Below are positions 56,503-64,000 of a stretch of 64,000 bases of DNA, piece by piece. This DNA comes from Oikopleura dioica (taxonomy: Eukaryota; Animalia; Chordata). The DNA is taken from assembly GCA_907165135.1 (NCBI GenBank), contig OU015568.1, forward strand, positions 4,340,001 through 4,404,000, written 5' to 3'. The notes beneath the pieces are model-generated. The model ran no database searches, had not been told where the DNA came from, and saw only the letters and a program-made list of their open reading frames with translations. Every line of letters begins with the position of its first letter. Position 1 is the first letter of the stretch. The position numbers and the translations under genes are program-made.

Positions 56503-59500
56503 TCAGAGGTCAAATGAGGGGAGCGTGAGTTGGGTGTGGACGTAACCAATAGCTCGGCCAACCAAATGGCTGGCGAGGGCTTCCAGTTCTTCTTCCTAGG
56601 AGACATGAGTGTTAAGATTTAATGGGCGAATGTTAGAATGGTCAGTTATGTTCGTTCAATTACCATTTGTTCGCTGAAAGAATCGGTCCCGGAATCGGCA
56701 TTTTCCTCGACAAAAATATCAATGGCTTCTTCAATTGCTGATGTGACTATGTTATTTGCGACGTCGAGTACTTCTTTAAACTTGAATTTCTTTGTTCCGT
56801 GAAGGACGGTGGGGAGATTCATCGACTGATCGACGAAACTTTCGCTTCCCATGTCCGATAATGCCAGATCGCTTCGGGGACTCAAAAGCCTTAAAGAAAT
56901 TTTTAAAGACCATAATTTTGTCATAAGCAAGAAAGGTGCCGTATTTTAAAATGCGCTCAACAGACGAGTAATAATTATTATCATTAGTTTTCATTATAAA
57001 TTCGCAATCTCGGGAAGATATGAATATCCGATGCATGATCAAACTATTTTTAATAACAGTAACTTACTCTGGATCATGAACATCTTCTTCTTCATAATGC
57101 TCCTGAACCTTCGGCGATTCTGGTCGACCAGAATCAAAGCTTTCAGGATCATTCGTCAGCTCGAGTTTTTCTAGGCTAATGGTTTCTTCTTGTAGATTTT
57201 CTTGAATCTCCTCAACTGGAATCGGTCGATCATTCAGATCTTCGTCTTCTTCGCGAAAGTCGACATCGTCATCGTCATCTTCGTTTTCATCGTCGTTTTC
57301 GGATTCTGATTGGATGGAATCGACCTCGTTAAAGTTTTCGTCATCGTCGTTTTCGAAGTTGGATTCGAGGAGCTCCTTTTTTGGCTTGAATATTTTCGAA
57401 TATAAAAATTTCGCGAGGAAATTTCAAGCCTTTCCTTTGGCGCTTCAAGAATATTCTCCTTGTCAACTTCGTCCAAAAACTCGTCACTCTTTTCCGACAC
57501 CATCGACAATCGACCTTGAGTCGAGCACCCATCAAACGACTTCAACTCCTGTCGCGAAATCGACACCGCTGAAATCGATAGTGTCATCAGGTCTGGATCC
57601 GGCTCGTCTTCGCAGCAATCCACAGCGGGGAATTTTTGTATTGCTTCTTGGGAACTGGATTTTGATTGGCTTGAAGTTGGTTTTTCGGGTTTTGATTTGA
57701 GTTGAAGGAAGTGCCGAAACGGTGAGTGGAGATGCCGTCGGAGGAGTTTGACATGAACGATGTTCCTTATAAAAATTATCCTAATTTTCTTCTTATCAAA
57801 ATTGGGCCATGGTATTGACCATGGGGTATGATGATAATAATTTTATCTGATTCTGGAAGAGTAACAATTCAGACAATTCCTATGTTAGATTAATCATAAG
57901 TACTAAACATTTAGTTTATAAAATCAATAAGATCAAAAATAAATTATGATTTCCAAGGAAATTTCTAGAAATTCGCTTGAATTTTTCAAACTCAGTTATG
58001 AATCATAACTTATGATAGATGATTTAAACAAGGAAAATTTGTTCACCTGACATTGTTGACAAATTCGAAGCAGATCGATTAATTGTCACTTCTGTCGAAG
58101 AATTCGTCGACTCCGAATCCGCAAAACTCACGTCAGCCAGAGACGAAGAATCTGTTGTTACAACGTCGGAAATTTTGATGAGATCTTCTAGAGCTCCTTT
58201 TACATTTTTAGGTAAAAGTCGATCTTACCGGATTCGAAAGCGGAATTGTTCGAAAGAAGTGGATCTGATTTCGTATGTTTCTTTTTGGCTTTTTCTATCG
58301 CTTGTCTGGACTCATCCGTATCTCCAGAAGTCTTGCGTCTTATCGCAGGTGAGTTCTGACGGCTTGCTAGATTGCGGCTGAACAAATTGCCAAAGAGGCT
58401 ATTTGGTCGCTCCGTTTTCTCAGAAACGCGCTTGGTCCCCGGGGGAATGCGCAGCGGTGAATTTGCTCCGTCGAGTTCGATGAGATTCGCGGGAGAAGAA
58501 GAAACGAACGATTCGACGAATGATTTCTTCGCTTCCGCGAATTTTCGATGCCAGTTCATCGCGTCGATTGCTTGAAGAGCGTCGATTTTGAGATTTTTGT
58601 TGTGTTGAAGAACTTTCAGGATTAACTAAAGAGAATAAGGAGGGGAAGAAAAAGGGGACAGGTACCTTTGGGCTTTGAATTTGAGGGTGGTCGAGGTCGA
58701 TGTTGTCGAGAATTTCACAGAAGGTTACTTTCAGACGAGTTTTGGATTTGCGCTTGGCGATGAGGAGGCAATTGTTGAAGAGGAGGAGCTCGGAATCTTT
58801 GTTCGACTCTATAAAATGTCAATTTATGAGATGTTCGTAATAATCATTTGATAAGTTGTCAAAGTAAAATCGCGGTGTATTCTTAAATATCATCCTTGAA
58901 GAATTTAATTGCAGGGGATTTTGAATATGTTTAAGGTAAAAGGTTTTTAATGGCTTTCATAGATTTGGAAAAATTTAAATATTGATACTTAATTGAAAAA
59001 TCTGTTTTTATGGCGCCTTATTTCTCGCAAATGCGTAAAAGTCTCTAGAGTCTAGACGCTATTTACGCGAAAAACCGAGCCTAGAGAAATTTTGCTCTCC
59101 TCTTTTTGTGTTCATGACATAACTCGCTCGATATTTTTGAAAATTGATTGCTATAATTTTTTTATTTTCTTTACCTTTGATATTTCCGTTGAAGAGCAAT
59201 CTTGTCGCGCCTTCGGGAGCTTGGTGTGCTTTATGAGGAAGCGACTTGTCGTATTCCAAGCTTTTACTCTGCATTTTACGATTATCAACATGACATGTAG
59301 GAAAAGAGCATTCACCTTTACTTTGAACTCGATTTCGGCAATGCAATCGTTGAGGTACTTGGTTTGAAGGTCGAGCTGTTCACACACATGCAGCAAAAGA
59401 TGGTGGTCTTCGTTGTCTTCAGGGGTCGATTTTTGAAGTCTAAAATCGAGGATTTCTATTGGCCGAAAATGAAATTTTTTTATTCACCTTTCGATGATCA

Positions 59501-62500
59501 TCTTCATCCTCGGCAATTTCGTTCTCGGAGCATCTAACATCGACCAAATCGACAATTTCCTCGAAAAATCCGACTGCTGAGCTGCTTCCAAATAGTCCCT
59601 GATTTTCGCCATTTGAAAAACTTCCTCGAGTCGATTTCGCTTTTCCACAAGACCTTTTGAGTAGTCTGCATAAACAACGATCTGAACACACGATTCTTTA
59701 TCGACGTCAGACTCAGACAAGGACAGTGTAATTTTCAAGCACTTGATGCTATTTACTGAGCTATTATGGAAAGCTGTAATTTGCCACGATAAAGTGGCTA
59801 ATCGGGAAATTCCCGATTAAAAAATATTATATGTTTTTGCTGATATAGAGATTTCACGAGATGTTACGGACTGGGAAGGGGTGGATATTTTGATTTCAAA
59901 CCCCGAAATCCCTGTTCTCGACCAATCAGGATGGCCAAATTCGGGTTGAAAAGTGGAGTTGAAATCAAAATATACACCCCTGACTGGGAACCAGAACAGA
60001 CAGACGCTCATTAATTTAATTCGTCATTTAAAAAATTAAAAAAAATTTATACAATTCGATGGTTTCCATATTTACGGTTTCTGTTTGATATTCCTTTTTA
60101 ATCAATTTTCTCACCTTCGGAATCCATTCGAGCAACGAGGGCCCAATACTTTGGACTAATCCCCGATGATCGCGAATATTTTGAAACTGACAAGCGAGAT
60201 CATCATTCACGGCGATGACCTCCGCCAGATTTCCAAAGAGCTCATTTGGGTCGACGAGCGGGACGTTTCTCTCATCCACCGGCGCCAGGGTCTTCACACC
60301 TTGGTAATACACCTGAAAGACAAATTTTAAAAGGGCTCCGACTTTGTGACGTAGTGTAAATATTGTTTTTTTACGAAAGTGGACAGGCCTTGACAACTTT
60401 TGGTTATTAATACTTCAAGCAATTATTTCCGTTGCGCAAAGAACTGGAAAACAACTGAACAAATCAAATTTACAGAGGTGGTTTTTCGGGGAGTTGTCTG
60501 GAACCGACAAAAATATTTCGACAAATTTTACGTGGAAATTTTCAACCAATCAGAAGCCTGGATTCGGCAAACCGGCCAATCAGCAACCGAGTAGCCTCCC
60601 ACGCGAAATTTGTCGGTATTTTTTTTCGGTTCAAGACACCATCCCGGTTTTTTAAGAGTTTCGAGTCGAAACTTTCGACTCAAAAAACTCAAAAATTCAA
60701 AATCATTAAGGGGTACCCTTTCAATTTGAGGATCTCGGATCTAAATTGATTTTGAAAGCTCGTTACGCAATACTGTACTAACAGTACTGTCAAAGTCCTA
60801 CTGTAGCTTCGACTTGTAGATAAACATAAAAACTTCCGGTGGAAAAAGTGGAAAAAGCGAGCTCGTGATAAAGAGATTTGAGTCGCTAAGTGACTTCCAA
60901 AAATAAATAGCTATTTGAACTTACATTTTTGACTGTTAAAAGATCTTCGCAAAAGTCCATGTGGCTTTTGACAACTTCCCAGATGATATTTTGCCGTTTG
61001 ACTTCATCCTTGTCTTCTCGGATTTCTTCGAATGTTGAGGGGTAGGCTTCGTGCCATTGGCCCTTCATCACCTTAAGATTTTTTGTGAAAAAGGGGGTAA
61101 GGCAATTGAGAAGAGAGACTTGGTAGTTAGCGACTGTAGCAGCGAAGGTTTTGTCGCGGGAAAAAGTTGCTCGGAAATCAATTCTTTTTTTGGGCTTATT
61201 TTTAAGGGTAGATACAAGCGGATGGAGATTCTAACAAACCTAGAACCTTTTTAAATAAGATCCGTTCAAGATTCTCTAGAAAAGTCAAGCGGTAAGATAT
61301 AAGAAGAGATTTTATGGTCCCCTCAAAGTCTGAAACCCATTCCCATAGTCCCAAACAAAATGTTTTTTCGTCGTTCTTCGAATTCTCTGACTCTCCCGAT
61401 TATTATCTTGCAAAACACTTTCATGGCAATTGCTCAAATTTTCTTGTACTTCGAGAAAACTCCCCATTTTCCCTTACTCCTGCTTTCATAAAAAAAAACT
61501 TGCGATTTTCTTGAAAAGTGCTCCACGCAGAAAGCTGAAAGCGAGAGAGGGGAAGAAAATGGCGCTCTGAGCAAATAAAAGTAGTGAATGCTGCTATCGC
61601 AAAAGACATCGTTTTTTGAAGTGCCATTCAATTGAGATAAATATTCTCAATCACCTTCTTTTTCTGACGATATTAAAACACCTAGCGACCGAAAAACAAA
61701 ACAATTTCTTTATAAAATGAAAGAAAAAATCATTCATTCTCGCAAGAACTCAAAATAGCCGTTCGCGGCTTTATGAGTCCGAATTCTTATGAAAAATCTT
61801 GACTCAAAAAACCGCGCGCGGCTTTTATGGGGTTAATTTTTCTAGCCGCGCGGCTTTTATTCGATAACAAATCATTGTTGATATTTTCGTTGCGAAGCCG
61901 CGCGCGGCTAAAGTTCATCTGATGCTAGAATTCAGATCATTATTCTTGATAAGAGCGTTTCCGAAGCAAATTCTAGCGGGTCTGAGAAAATAACATATTT
62001 AGCTCCTTGCGCTTAATCCATAAAATCAACAAATTCTATTTGCTTCCGGCCATATTGCAAGTTGCAATTCGAAACAGTTTTCATGCATTTGCGAAAGTCT
62101 ACTCATTTATCCACTTATTCAAAAGTCTACATTTCAAAGTTCATAGTATGACCTTCATACTTCTGAATCATTCAAGTCAATAGAAGGATGAAAGAAACCC
62201 TTAATTATTCGAAAGAGTACTAAAAGACTAAAAGGAAGGGAAACCGCAAGCTGCAGTGCCCCACTTTTTAGTGATGAAAAATTCAAAGCGTTTTTTGTGT
62301 TATTTTCAAGCTCTTTCATCCTTCAGTTCTTTCAGTAAGAGAAATGACGGAAAACAACGAAGAAAGCGATTTTGCTGAGTGGATAAAAATGACCCTGGTG
62401 ATTGGACTTTACGAGAAGGACTCAAATATTTGCGTTTCTGACTCGTCAATTGGCAATTGCTTTAGTTGCAATTTTAACAACATGGTTTTGAGTCCTCTTT

Positions 62501-63310
62501 TCTAGCGTTTATGGCGACGGCCTTTTTGTCCTTGTCTCTGTGCCTTTCAATCACATGATGAAATAGTAATAAAGTTCAAGATTCAAATTCACTTTTTTAT
62601 TTTTTGAAATTTACCTTTTCTTAGCTTCTTTATTTTTTCATCAAAAATCTCTTTTTACAATTTTCTTCGTTGATTTCTTCAATAAATGAAGCTCTCTTTT
62701 TTCTCTTTATTTTTGTTGAAAACAATGAAAAATTCAAATTCGCGAAAAAGCGCTTCCTTTTTTGATTTTCGGTAAACAACTGATTTGTAATAAAAGAGGT
62801 GGGAAATTAGGTGTACCCTTACTTTGAGCCTAGGTGGCCGCGTTTTCTCGCGAGTAGGGGCCAAAACGACGCTGCCGCTGTCCGTTTTCCGGGGGATGTG
62901 GATCAAGAGGAGAGTAACGGTCACGCTCGGCGGCGGCTTATCGCACCACTCGGCCTTACCAGGGCCCTAATTGACCAGTCAAATGGACAAGTTGGGAAAG
63001 GAGATCTTTTACGCGCCGCTGATAACTTATCAAGGCAAAAGTGGTTTGATTTCTCTTCACAAAAATAATTTCTTTTTCAAAAACTATTTTTTGGAGTGAT
63101 AAAGCCGCAAGCGGCTTTTTTTGCTTTCTGAAAAAAAAATTCAGTGACTTACGTTTTTGACAATTTTCTTCGGCCTAGAACTCGTTGTCGGCGCAGAAAT
63201 CTGCCTTTTCGGTGGAATTCTGGAAATATCTCTTGAAGGGTTGGCTTCGGAAACGGAAACGACGGATTTTCGATCAGCTTCGATATCGGAATTGCTGATA
63301 TTTGAGTTGC
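56503..63310 (-). CDS. DH-PH Rho guanine nucleotide exchange factor (NET1/ARHGEF3-like) with long acidic C-terminus; 5' end uncertain
   Basis: KRQNIIWEVVKSHMDFCEDL, LFGNLAEVI, RKLSIWSMLDAPRTKLPRM, STPEDNEDH, LLLFNNCLLIAKRK; upstream exons at 63153-63310 and ~62820-63060. Confidence 0.8.
60487..60648. mobile_element. CCAAT-pair foldback MITE copy in a RhoGEF intron
   Basis: GGAACCGACAAAAATATTTCGACAAATTTT...CCAATCAG (60546, 60576)...CGGTTCAAGACACCATCCCGG. Confidence 0.85.
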
Positions 63311-63368
63311 TAAAACGCGGATCATGATGAGTAGGAAAGGATAATTTGTTTATGGTTTACGGTGAGTG

Positions 63369-63477
63369 GTCTCCGTTTGCCCAAGTCGCCGTTTGCCCAA
63401 GTCGTCGTCTGCCCAAGATCGCCGTTTGCCCAACTTGGGCAGACGGAGACTTGGGCAAACGGCGATCTTGGGCAGAC
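63369..63477. repeat. Palindromic array of a 16-17 bp motif (CCGTTTGCCCAAGTCG): 4 direct then 3 inverted copies
   Basis: Read directly from the sequence. Confidence 0.85.
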
Positions 63478-64000
63478 CCAAAACCTCAGGGAGACGGACG
63501 GTGCCGGAACCAAATTGGTACCCTGTACCAAAGTCAAGCATATTTTCTGGCTCATCAAAAAACTAATGTCCGCTCCGCGGCTGCAGTGTGAGGAAACTCT
63601 ATTTATGGTTAAGTTGATTTTTTGTAAGTTTACCCTACGAATATACCTAATGACCGACCGAATATACTTCAAGTATAATGAATGATTAACTCTTCCGGGA
63701 ATAGTTTATTAGGACTTTTATTGGGAATTTAGCGACTTTCATAATTAAACCATCCATTACGAAGGCTCTTCGTTATCAATGTAAACGATGTCATAATTCG
63801 GAAAGCTTCCGTAGAGTCCACGATACTGTTTTTTCATTTCGCCTCTTATTTATGTTTTTATGCTCAAGAATTTATTCGAAAATCGGATACAACTATTGAA
63901 AAACAATATAAGAAAATTGTGGTGGTCAAGGATCCACGGTTAATAACCGTTCAAAAGACATCACAGGACAACCTTTGTTTTCACCTGAAAGTTTCCGCAA

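Noticed and set aside
2127-60805. TACTGTA/TACAGTA heptamer as a recurring regulatory motif
   Set aside because: About 20 seen by eye versus roughly 13 expected from base composition; not convincing without a proper test
62800-63060. GC-rich island as a structured ncRNA (U3/7SK/SRP-like snippets)
   Set aside because: No complete box C/D or SRP motifs; minus-strand reading with splice sites fits RhoGEF 5' exons better
63322-63685. Five overlapping short ORFs
   Set aside because: Produced by the stop-free palindromic 16-bp repeat array

Overview
Eukaryotic, gene-dense DNA with many ~40-50 bp introns, a candidate GA-AG intron and a Ty3/gypsy LTR element. This is most consistent with the larvacean tunicate Oikopleura dioica (inference, not database-checked). 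Genes in order: OATP/SLCO transporter (3' part, +), O-fucosyltransferase-family protein (-), secreted and probably GPI-anchored multi-TSR protein (+), MLCK-like kinase (+), Thr-rich mucin-like protein (-), class A GPCR (-), DNAL1 (+), SLC9A Na+/H+ exchanger (+), Shaker-type Kv channel (-), DUF2236/mpaB-like oxygenase (-), RBPMS/cpo-like RRM protein (-), a 56-aa secreted peptide (+), a LIV-1 ZIP homologue lacking its metal ligands with tRNA-Met in an intron (+), and a DH-PH RhoGEF (-). The transposon load is heavy. An intact, very young 6.6-kb LTR retrotransposon sits in a GPCR coding exon and a 500-bp MITE sits in the Kv S6 exon. A 3.9-kb nested TIR element carries a ~40-unit 56-bp hairpin satellite, and several MITE families are present, one with paired CCAAT boxes. 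Several single-base frameshifts at short homopolymers are probably long-read assembly errors. Exon boundaries were read by eye and are approximate where stated.
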